Assembly (NCBI RefSeq): GCF_032444005.1
Contig: NC_091289.1
Location: 9,052,001 to 9,116,000, forward strand
From: Ranitomeya imitator
Lineage: Eukaryota
DNA: 64,000 nucleotides
Direction: 5' to 3'
Made by a program: the position numbers and the translations under genes. The notes below the pieces were generated by a model that was given only the letters and a program-made list of their open reading frames with translations, searched no databases and was not told the DNA's origin. Positions 36,467 to 47,381 of the stretch are shown here, piece after piece (the stretch's first letter is position 1; each line of letters begins with the position of its first letter).

Positions 36467-39400
36467 ATGTCTGAGGTGGAGGTCGTGGCGGAGATCCTGA
36501 CGGAGGTGACCCTGGATGACCCCGCTGCCAGCGACGCGGCATCCTCCGCCATCTCCCTGGTGACGGTCGGGGCCACTGTGCCCACCGGCTTCGAGTTCAC
36601 GGCGGCCGCGGAGGTAGAAGAGAAGCTGGGACGTCCCTGCAGAATCAGCAAAGACCGCGGCAAAATCTACTTTGACATCGGCCTGGACGCGTTGGCGCAG
36701 GTGCGAGTACGGAAAACGCGTCGGGAGACGTTCACCTCCGGGTCTTAAAGTGACGCCGCTCTGTTTATGTCGCAGGTTCATCGGTTGCGGTCGGTCGACA
36801 ACCTCTTCGTGGTCGTTCAAGAATTCACAGATTTCCCTTTCAAGGATGCGAAGGTGAGTTCATATGGAAAAGATGGCCGCCTGGGGTAAGGAGTAGCCAA
36901 AAGTATTCGGATTGCTTAAAGGGGAACTCCACTATTGAGTTTCTGTGTTAGAAATCAGATTTCCCTGCACTTTATGCTGAGCAGCTAATATGAACGAGTG
37001 GAGCTGCAGTGTAAAGTATGGAGGAGGGATAACGAAGCAGCCTTGGCCTCTGAGCCATTCCTTCCACTGCTCCTTGCCCCCTACACATGCGTGATCTGTC
37101 CGATCGAGCGTGCAGGTGTTCTGGACATGAGTAGTAAGCCGCTGCCAGACTGATCCGGGAGAAGCTCATCTCCCCTGAGAACAGAAGGGTTGGGCATATT
37201 GTAATCCAGCAGCCCAATCCTTTCACATTTCTGAGAGAAGTCTAGAGACCCCATAAACATTGGTTCCCACTTATTCTAATGTGTGCGGACCAATATACTA
37301 ATCACTAATGGAGCAGAAGGAAAGGGTAAAGTATGGGGGGAAGAAGAGCAGCGGCTGGAGATTTCGGCCCCCAGTAGACTGTACGGCCAAGCTGGAGTCC
37401 GTGATCACGACGGTGCTGTAATGAAGCAGAGCTGCAGGGTAAAGTAGGAGGGTCAGCGCAGCAGCTGAAACAGCTGACAAGACAGGGATGGAGCCTCAAA
37501 TAAAGGTTAAGCTGCTAGACCTCAGAATTAAAGGGGTTGTCCACGATTGCAAAACATGGCTGCTTTCTTTGTGAAACAGCGCCCGCCCTAATCCATCTAA
37601 TATTCTCCTGTGTCTCTATAGGAAGCCGCGCTTCAGGATTTCCAGGAATTGGCTGCAAAACTGTCCTGGGAAAAAGCTCTGAAGACGTGGGAGCTAAACA
37701 ACAACCTGAAGAAGAAAAAGAAGAGAAAGAAAACCGGTGGCTGCAGCAAAGAGAGAAAGACAACGGCAGCATCGGGCGCGGAGGAGTCAGAAGGAGGCGG
37801 TGCAGCAGAGGAGCAGCCAACGGCAGCATCGGGCGCGGAGAAATCCACAGGGGGCGGTGCAGAACAGGAGCAGCCGGCGGTGGCATCTGGCGCAGAGGGT
37901 TCAGCAGGAGGCGCTACAGCAGAGGAGCAGCCGGCGAAGGCTTTGGATGCAGAGGGTTCAGCAGGAGGCGGTACAGCAGAGGAGCAGTCAGCAATGGCAG
38001 TGGGTTCAGTAGCAGGCGGTACAGAAGAGGAGCAGCCAGCGATGGCATCGGGCGCAGAGGGTTCAGCAGGAGGCGGTACAGCAGAGGAGCAGTCGGCAAT
38101 GGCAGAGGGTTCAGCAGGAGGCGGTACAGCAGAGGAGCAGTCGGCAATGGCAGAGGGTTCAGCAGGAGGCGGTGCAGAAGAGGAGCAGCCAGCAGTGGCA
38201 TTGGGCGCAGAGGGGTCAGCAGTAGGCGGTGCAGCAGAGGAGCAGTCGGCGCCACCTGCAGGGCAAGAGAAGTGCAAGACCCCGCAGAGTCAGGCAGAGG
38301 ACAGCGCAGAGTTTTCGACTCCCTGCTTCAATGTCTTGCATGAAAATGACACGAGCGACGATGCGGAGAGTAACGATTCCTCTCCCGATGTTAGTAACAT
38401 CCTGAAATTCCGCGTTACCTGCAATCGGGCCGGAGACAAACACAGCTTCACATCCAACGAGGCCGCCAGGGACTTCGGCGGAGCCGTGCAGGAGCACTTC
38501 CTGTGGAAGGCAGATATGACCAACTTTGATGTGGAGGTGAGCGCCCCTCGTCCCCTGCACGTATCTGTGTGTATATATATTATACTGTACATACCGTCAT
38601 CTCCCGATTTGTCACCAGGTTCTCCTGAACATCAGCTACAATGAAATGTTGGTGGGCATCGCGCTGACCGAGGAGAGTCTGCACCGCAGGAACATCACCC
38701 ATTTTGGCCCCACTACGCTCCGCTCCACTCTGGCTTACGGGATGCTCAGGTGACCCCGGCTCTCACCGTCCATCTATCAGTAAGGCGGAGTGCACACTGC
38801 TTGTCCGCACCGTATATGGCCCCGCTCCTCGTTGGTCAGACGGCGGCCAGCAGTGAGGCTTCTTGGCTAGTGCCGTACAGCATACTGTGGTCGCCGTCTG
38901 ACCTGTTCCTCAGGAGTGAATTCACCTGTCGTGTCTGCGAACACTGTGTGCACAAGGCCTAATATTCTATTAAAGGGGGTGTTTAGCATTAGAAAAAATG
39001 GCTGTGATGTTCCAAAATCGGCTCTTCTCCTGTTCGCCGGTCGTATGGGGTGAAGTTCGTCCCTTTTGACTTCTGCGCAGTGGATCTGTAATGTCCACAC
39101 TACGTGCGGTCAGGGGAGCAGCTGTTTCCAGAAAAAGCCTCCATGTTGTTCTCTGTCTTTTGTATCTTCTTTGCCAAGGATGAGTGGGACCCGGAGCTGC
39201 CAGGTTATCAGACTTTCTGGATTAGATCGGAGCTGTCGTTTTCTTACACTGCTCTTATCCTGGCTCTTTGTTTTTCAGACTCTGTGACCTGGAGCCGTCA
39301 GATGTCGTCATTGATCCAATGTGCGGGACCGGAGCCATCCCTATAGAGGTAAACGGGAGACACAGAGGAGGCGCCCGCTGTTAGAGAGGTCGGGCTCAGA

Positions 39401-41678
39401 GTTGGACCTACATTCTAACTTATGTTTTTTTATATGCGATAGTCCATGGAAACTCCGGCAGATCTGTGGGGTCCGGGTCCCGAGACCCCCATGGATTGCT
39501 TAAAACACTTGTAAGGATTGTGCTGCACTGAGACAGAAGCGTTCATCTCAGGCCTCGCACCCAACACACCATCCATGGGGGTCTCAGAGCCCGGACCCCT
39601 CAGATAAGCCGGACATTTCAGTGCCTGTAACTTATTTAAAAACTTATAATGTAGGTACTGTTAAATGGCTTCTGTGTAGAACGCTGAAGACCAATCCTCA
39701 GCCGTCCTGCTCACACAGTGGGAGGTGTGTTACAGGTTATCGGGGGCTTCAGGCAGCAGTAGCAGAAATCTCTCACCAGACCCCACACTCCACATATGGC
39801 CGAAATGCCGCCCGCTGCGATGAATAATTGCCGCACTGCTTTGTTCCACACTTGCGCAGTCGTTGACCCCCGTGTGTGAGCAGAGCTTCGTCCTCTCTGC
39901 TGCTGCACCCGAATATCCCTTACCTGCACCGATGTGAGATTCCGCTGTGTGAGCAGGACAAAGTGGTGAAGCCCTGGAGCACATCAGACGGCCGATGGCT
40001 CCAGAAGAAAGTGACGTATTCCCGTCTTCCTGCAGGGCGTCAGCGAGTGGCCCGGGTGTTTCTTCATCGCTGGTGATAACAACACGAACGCAGTGAACAG
40101 AACCTCCAGCAACATCGGCTCCTTACTGCGGAGGCAGCACAGCGCGGACAGGTGACAACCTCTATGGGAACTGGTGGTGATGGTTGTCACCCAGCTTTCC
40201 CAGGTGCAGAAATAGCAGAGTTCCATGATTGTTTCCAGTTGCTCACTTTCTTGCTTCATGTCTGCACAGCGCCCCCCAGGGGCTTCAGATAGACCCCATT
40301 CACTGGGACATTTCTCGCTTGCCTCTGAGGAGTGGGAGCGTGGATGTTATTATCACAGATATGCCATTTGGGAAGAGGTGAGAGGCAGCTGCGACCTCCG
40401 AGAGGAGCCCGGGTCACCACTCAGCTGCTACATGAACTGTTTTCTGTCATCCACATAGAATTGGATCAAAGAAGAGAAACTGGGACCTATACCCGGCCTG
40501 CCTCCGAGAGATGAGCCGCGTGTGCCGGGCCGGAACAGGACGGGCCGTCCTCCTGACCCATGATAGGAAATGCTTCATCAAGGTGCAGAAGTCCCACCTG
40601 TCCCCTCTGCCTCCATACCCGGCCTCCCCATCCCCTCTGTTTCTCCACTGGACTCTTCTGGCCTCCTCCGTCTGCTCCCACAGCCTCCCCAGTGCCATTC
40701 CGCGGCCTTGCCCGTCTCCGCCCACGGTCTTACTCGTCCCCCACCGTCTCCACCCGCGACATCCCTTGTCCCCTCCGTGTCTGCCCGCGGCCTCCCTTGT
40801 CCCCTCTGTTCTACTCGCGGCCTCCTCCATCTCTGCCCGCGGCCTCCTCCGTCTATGCCCCTTGGCCTCCCCGTCTCTGCTCCTTGGCCTCCTCCGTCTA
40901 TGCCCCTTGGCCTCCTCCGTCACTGCTCCTTGGCCTCCCCGTCTCTGCCCCTTGGCCTCCTCCGTCTATGCCCCTTGGCCTCCTCCGTCACTGCTCCTTG
41001 GCCTCCCCGTCTCTGCCCCTTGGCCTCCTCCGTCTCTGCCCCTTGGCCTCCCTGTCTCTGCCCCTTGGCCTTCTCCGTCTATGCCCCTTGGCCTCCCCGT
41101 CTCCGCTCCTTGGCCTCCTCCGTCTCTGCCCCTTGGCCTCCTCCGTCTATGCCCCTTGGCTTCCCCGTCTCTGCTCCTTGGCCTCCTCCGTCTCTGCCCC
41201 TTGGCCTCCTCCGTCTCTGCCCCTTGGCCTCTCTGTCTCTGCTCCTTGGCCTCCTCCGTCTATGCCCCTTGGCCTCCCAGTCTATGCTCCTTGACCTCCT
41301 CCGTCTCTGCCCCTTGGCCTCCTCCGTCTCTGCCCCTTGGCCTCCTCCGTCTCTGCCCCTTGGCCTCCCAGTCTCTGCTCCTTGGCCTCCTCTATCTTTG
41401 CCCCTTGGCCTCCCCTGTCTCGCTCCTCCCCTGTCCCCTCATCATATAGTGCACATTTACGTTTATTAGTTAGAACTTTCCCCATTTGTCTCTTTCAGGC
41501 TCTGGCTAAAGCCGGGCACCTGTGGAGGAAGATGCACACGGTGTGGGTGAATATAGGCGGCCTGCACGCCGGCGTCTACCTTCTGAAGAGAACTGTCCTG
41601 GACTTCTTCGACAGCTCCAGCCAGAGACTGGAGGAGAACAAGCCCCTGAGCCCCAGCTCACCTGCCAAAGAAGAGTAA
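36467..41678 (+). CDS. THUMPD3: THUMP domain-containing protein 3 (tRNA m2G6/7 methyltransferase), 651 aa
   Basis: Exons 36467-36700, 36776-36853, 37622-38536, 38619-38749, 39279-39348, 40036-40151, 40270-40377, 40459-40582, 41499-41678; all GT-AG, phases consistent, 1956 nt. Motifs VGATVPTGFE, LRSVDNLFVVV, LKFRVTCNRAGDKHSFTSNEAARDFGGAVQ, DPMCGTGAIPIEG (SAM-binding), TDMPFGKR, NWDLYPACLREMSRVC. Confidence 0.96.
40770..41430. repeat. Pyrimidine-rich 21/23-bp minisatellite in the last THUMPD3 intron
   Basis: Unit CCCCTTGGCCTCCTCCGTCTCTG and variants. Confidence 0.92.
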
Positions 41679-42064
41679 GAAGTGCCGCAGCAGCAGTGCC
41701 CGCCGTACTGATCCCAACATCCCCTGCATCCACCATGCTGGTGAATCACATAAATAATAACTTCAGGTCCTGAGTCGTCGTCTTTTTCAGCCATTTCTGT
41801 TATTTCCGTCAGAAGCTGGGCTGCAGTATAGAGATTTCAGCTCCTGCTGCACTTGTCTTTCCCCAGTTTTCCCAATCTCCTCAATGACGGCTATAAGTGA
41901 GGGGATGTAACTGTGCAAAACCCACCACATCTGACATCCACAAGACCCTTGTGCTGGTGACCAGTTTCCCCCAAACCAGTATAACTTCAGAGACTCCAGG
42001 ACTTGGGTGTGTTCAGGATTTTCAGGGCGCCTGCTCGTTGTTTGTGTGTTTACTTTTGCCTTAA

Positions 42065-42361
42065 AGGGGCTGTCCCATAAACAACATGTCACCTGTACCC
42101 CCCAGTATAGGAGATACATGTGTGACCGCTGGGGGTCTGAATGCCAGGACACCCACCAATCACAAGAACACAGGGGTCCCAAACTGCTCTATGCCTGGTC
42201 AGTGGTGAGCGTGTGCGACCGCTGCATTGTCTGTATGAGTGGTGGTCGCACACGCTCAGTACACACAGGTGACTTATGTTCACTGCAGTCGGACCCCCCA
42301 GCGGCCATTCATTTTATCATGCTGTGGATCGGTCATAAATATTATTTTTGGGACAAAACCT
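42065..42361. mobile_element. T2-type (TTAA-target) MITE
   Basis: TTAA|AGGGGCTGTCCCA ... TGGGACAAAACCT|TTAA. Confidence 0.7.
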
Positions 42362-43310
42362 TTAAGGAAATTTATAAGTTTTAGGCAAGGTTGTAATGTT
42401 TTATTTTGCAAACTAAAAACGGATGCCTGGTCCAGTAGTTACTGTGGTTTCCGAAAAACAAGTGCGCCGATGGCCAGAATCTTTACGTTGTCCCTTTTTT
42501 ATTTTATTTACAAGGTTAATAAATGGTTTTCCTAAGCAATCTGTAGGCTTTTACTTACAAACAGCAAAGTGCAAAACCCGAGACGCCCTCACACATAAAA
42601 TACACTAAATACTCGACAATACTGACATTCTGTTCATCAACCAGGAAGCTCAGGATGAGCAGAGCCCTGATGGGCAGGTGACACCGTGCACGTCGGGAGG
42701 AGTTTGTGCCACAATTAATGGCCCGTTGGTGTCGGTGTAACCTGCGGCAGACTCCTACATCTTACAGACCCTGGAAACACATAATTAAGCGATAGAGGAT
42801 CGGGCACAAATTAATGCAAATCCGGATCCACCACCGCAATTAATGTCCCATCTGATGCTGTAACGAGATAATGAGGCTTTTCCTGCAGGAAATAATATAA
42901 ATATAATCAGGGACATAATTAGCGTTTACATGGAAATCTCTGTATGATGTAAGTAACAACCATCTCCGACCAAGACCTTTACCCAACGGGGCAGCGGTGT
43001 GTGACAGCCCCTGCTGTGGAACCACAAGTACCAGCGTGTCAGTCAAGGCTGCACACTGACATAATATGCTAAGGCTTAGGCTATGTGCCCACGTTGCGCA
43101 TTCGTGTGCAGGCTTTTCCGTAGGTAAAACGCACTGCACATGTGCACACACCCTACAGACTGCATGGTGTCGCTGCTACATCCCAGCACAATACAAGTGA
43201 AGGAAGTGGCGGTGTGACCCCGAGGATAAAGCCACAAGAAGTCCGACCGCAGCTGATTTATTTCAGACCCTCACTGGTATCGTGCTGCAATGTAGCATCA
43301 ACGCCTGGAA

Positions 43311-43496
43311 CTGAGGTCTCAAACTGCATTCCTCGCGGGCCGCAAACAGGTCGTGTGTTCAGGATTTCCTTGTATTGCACAGGTGATAATTTAACCACCT
43401 GCACAGACAACGATTCCAGCACCTTGTGCAATGCTAAGGAAATCTTGAAAACACGCATGGTTTGCGGCCCTCGGAAAATACAGTTTGAGACCCCCG
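43311..43496. mobile_element. hAT (Charlie-like) MITE
   Basis: Long imperfect TIRs beginning GGTCTCAAACTG; 8-bp TSD GCCTGGAA / GCCTAGAA (one mismatch). Confidence 0.75.
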
Positions 43497-43582
43497 GCCT
43501 AGAAGGTGCATTACTGGTGCTGCATCCAAAACTGTCAACTACCGCCAATCTTCTCATTGCATAAACACGTGTCAATCTGCTG

Positions 43583-43849
43583 CAGGAAAGAAGGGAAATC
43601 CAGCTCCGGAAGTAAAATCAGAAATTCTGTAATTCAACATTTTAAAAACAAAAAAGAAGAAAGGAAAAACGGCAGCTGGACATGAGCCCGGTCCTCTGAG
43701 GACTAAGAACACTACACGTGTATTCTCCTCCGGTAATCACCAGGCTCATGTCCAGCTGCCGTTTTTCCTTTCTTCTTTTTTTGTTTTTAAAATTTTGAAT
43801 TACAGAATTTTTGATTTTACTTCCGGAGCTGGATTTCTCTTCTTTCCTG
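43583..43849. repeat. About 110-bp inverted repeat with a 46-bp spacer
   Basis: 43583-43692 is a near-perfect reverse complement of 43739-43849. Confidence 0.88.
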
Positions 43850-43971
43850 TTATGGCATTCAGCGTGTAGCAGAGACGCTTGTCCGAGCAAGGACTATGAA
43901 AGCAACAAAAGGGCTGAGCTGAATTTTCCTTTTTTCTCACACAGCCTTAATCTACTTACTAAAGCAACAAA

Positions 43972-45352
43972 CTGTGTACTCCAGAGCTGCACTCACTATT
44001 CTGCTGGTGCAGTCACTGTGTGCATACATTACATTACTGATCCTGAGTTACATCCTGTATTATACTCCAGAGCTGCACTCACTATTCTGCTGGTGCAGTC
44101 ACTGTGTACATACATTACATTACTAATCCAGAGTTACACCCTGTATTATACCCCAGAGCTGCACTCACTATTCTGCTGGTGCAGTCACTGTGTACATACA
44201 TTACTGATCCTGAGTTACCTCCTGTATTATACCCCAGAGCTGCACTCACTATTCTGCTGGTGCAGTCACTGTGTACATACATTACATTACTAATCCAGAG
44301 TTACACCCTGTATTATACCCCAGAGCTGCACTCACTATTCTCCTGGTGCAGTCACTGTGTACATACATTACTGATCCTGAGTTACATCCTGTATTATACC
44401 CCAGAGCTGCACTCACTATTCTGCTGGTGCAGTCACTGTGTACATACATTACTGATCCTGAGTTACATCCTGTATTATACTCCAGAGCTGCACTCACTAT
44501 TCTGCTGGTGCAGTCACTGTGCACATACAATACATTACTGATCCTGAGTTACATCCTGTATTATACCCCAGAGCTGCACTCACTATTCTGCTGGTGCAGT
44601 CACTGTGTATATACATTACATTACTGATCCTGAGTTACATCCTGTATTATACTCCAGAGCTGCACTCACTATTCTGCTGGTGCAGTCACTGTGCACATAC
44701 AATACATTACTGATCCTGAGTTACATCCTGTATTATACTCCAGAGCTGCACTCACTATTCTGCTGCTGCAGTCACTGTGCACATACATTACATTACTGAT
44801 CCTGAGTTACCTCCTGTATTATACCCCAGAGCTGCACTCATTATTCTGCTGGTGCTTTCACTGTGTACATACATTACTGATCCTGAGTTACATCCTGTAT
44901 TATACTCCAGAGCTGCACTCACTATTCTGCTGGTGCAGTCACTGTGTACATACATTACATTACTGATCCTGAGTTACATCCTGTATTATACCCCAGAGCT
45001 GCACTCACTATTCTGCTGGTGCAGTCACTGTGTACATACATTACATTACTGATCCTGAGTTACATCCTGTATTATACTCCAGAGCTGCACTCACTATTCT
45101 GCTGGTGCAGTCACTGTGTACATACATTACATTACTGATCCTGAGTTACCTCCTGTATTATACTCCAGAGCTGCACTCACTATTCTGCTGGTGCAGTCAC
45201 TGTGTACATACATTACATTACTGATCCTGAGTTATCTCCTGTTTTATACTCCAGAGCTGCACTCACTATTCTGCTGGTGCAGTCACTGTGTACATACATT
45301 ACATTACTGATCCGGAGTTACATCCTGTTTTATACTCCAGAGCTGCGCTCAG
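43972..45352 (+). repeat. 86/81-bp dispersed satellite, locus 1
   Basis: Unit CCAGAGCTGCACTCACTATTCTGCTGGTGCAGTCACTGTGTACATACATTACATTACTGATCCTGAGTTACATCCTGTATTATACT. Confidence 0.95.
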
Positions 45353-46894
45353 TATTTCTCATTATTTTTACATTTATGACTTTTAGATCCGGATTTGGAA
45401 ATATTCTCGGAAGTAGAGAGATTCCGGTTCGTTACTGAATATTTTCCGGGAAGTTGCCGGACTGGTTTTCTGGGATTCGGTGCTTTCCTGTAATGTTGGG
45501 ATCTCCCAGGATATCAGGAGAATAAAACTTGGAAAAAAAACATCCGTGGGTTTTCTCTTCACATTTCCCTGCTCAGTGAGGGTGGGTCAGCCTGTACAGG
45601 CGGCTGTGTCCCTCCACTACACATCACAGGAGGCACAAGGACTACAGGAATGTAAATCATGGTGTGAGTGCTGGAGAAATGGTGCAGACAAGCACAGGAC
45701 AGGGTGGATGGGAAAAGAAAAGCAAGGGCTTCCTATTGTTAACCCTTAAGTGCCCCCAGACTGCCAGCATTAGTGTTACACCTTCCTTCAGTGCTGGAGT
45801 CAGGATCTGAGTTACCCTAGTCCCAAATAAAGCTACACTGGCTTCATTCATGGCATATACTGTATATAGTGTGTATAGGAGGAGGACTCGGCATACTGGC
45901 CTCATCCATGACATTATATACTGTGTATAGTGTGTATAGGAGGAGGACTCAGCAGATTGTTTGGTTTCATAGTATTAGGACTGAGGAGGATTCAGGACAG
46001 GAACATACAGGGGGGAGGATGGATCAGTTGTTGCTGCTGAGGGGAATAAAAAGTGATTTTAGGCGGAACCTGTGGCGAGATCTAGCACAGCTCCAATCAT
46101 ATAGAGTTACGCTGGTTTCACACTTGCATATTTTGCAATCTGTGCGACAATGGCTGCACACGGATCCGTTTTCGTCTCCATTGACTTTCAGTGGTGACAG
46201 ATGGAACCTGTGTGTGCATCCAGTTGTCACCGTTTTCCCACGGATCCGTGTATCTGCATATGTTACCAGACGAACAAAAACGCAACTTGTTGTGGTTTTG
46301 TGTCGTCTGAAAAACACACAGAAACACAGACGGATCCGTGGCTGCACATCTGGAATTACCATGGAGCACAGATCTAGGACACATGCGTGCTTCCATGTGC
46401 ATGGATCCGTTATGTGGGACTGAGCATGCTCAGAAGCAAGGGATGTGCTGTATGGGACCGTGATGAAACTGTGTGGGAACAGTGTGCAGACATAATGTAG
46501 ACTGTCATAGCTGCTAATGTTAATACAATGTATTGGGAGCCTGTATATAACGGGGGCTCCTGGTTAGGGGCTGCACGGGTGGCTCTGCCTTCACACTAGA
46601 GCTTTGGGACGGTGCGTTGTGTAGCAATCCTGATGTATCCCGATCCAGATTACATCCCTATACTTAACATGGGGACGCATGGAGCTGCGTTTGCGTCAGG
46701 ATTTTTCATGTGCTCCCAAAACGCAGCTTGTTGCGAATTTTGGGTGTTAAAAAATCTGCAGACATCCTGATACTTGGCAGCGCGTCCAAAAATCATCTGA
46801 TTGTCAATGTAGACGCCCCGAATCAGGATGCTGCGTCCAGTCTACAGGTGTATGTCATCCTGCGCAGGCGCCCAGACCCATTTTTTTCACCAGT

Positions 46895-47195
46895 CTCTCT
46901 CCTCTCCCCTCTTCTCTCCTCCCCCCTCCTCTCCTCTCCCCTCTCCTCTTCCCTCCCCCCTCCTCCCCTCCTCTCTACCCCCCCCCTCCTCTCTTCTCCC
47001 CTCTCCCCTCCTCTCTACCCCCCCTCCTCCTCTCCTCTCCTCTACCCCCCCTCCTCTCCTCCCCTCCTATCCCCTCCCCCCTCCCCCCTCCTCTCTACCC
47101 CCCCCTCCTCTCTTCTCCCCTCTCCCCTCCTCTCTACCCCCCCTCCTCCTCTCCTCTCCTCTACCCCCCCTCCTCTCCTCCCACCCTCTCTCATT
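46895..47195. repeat. Polypyrimidine (CCT/CT) low-complexity tract just upstream of VHL
   Basis: About 300 nt almost entirely C/T. Confidence 0.9.
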
Positions 47196-47258
47196 CCACT
47201 GATACATTGTCCAATAATTGGGTGTAATGAATGAATGTCTGAAGACATCTGTGTTAAA

Positions 47259-47345
47259 ACTACAACTCCCACAATGCCTTTCAGCTGCCAGCGGCCTCTG
47301 AGGCTGCGCACAGTGCGTGACGTCAGAGTTTGGTTGCTAGGTGAC
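47259..47345 (+). promoter_or_regulatory. VHL core promoter motifs
   Basis: ZNF143/SBS-type ACTACAACTCCCACAATGC 47259-47277, CRE TGACGTCA 47318-47325, X-box-like GTTGCTAGGTGAC 47333-47345, all within 125 nt of the ATG. Confidence 0.6.
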
Positions 47346-47381
47346 TGGTCGCGGCCTAGCGGATTGTTTGGAAGCCTCGGG

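Noticed and set aside
37515-38343. Alternative-frame and antisense ORFs over THUMPD3 exon 3
   Set aside because: Shadows of the GC-rich coding repeat; only one frame joins the flanking exons
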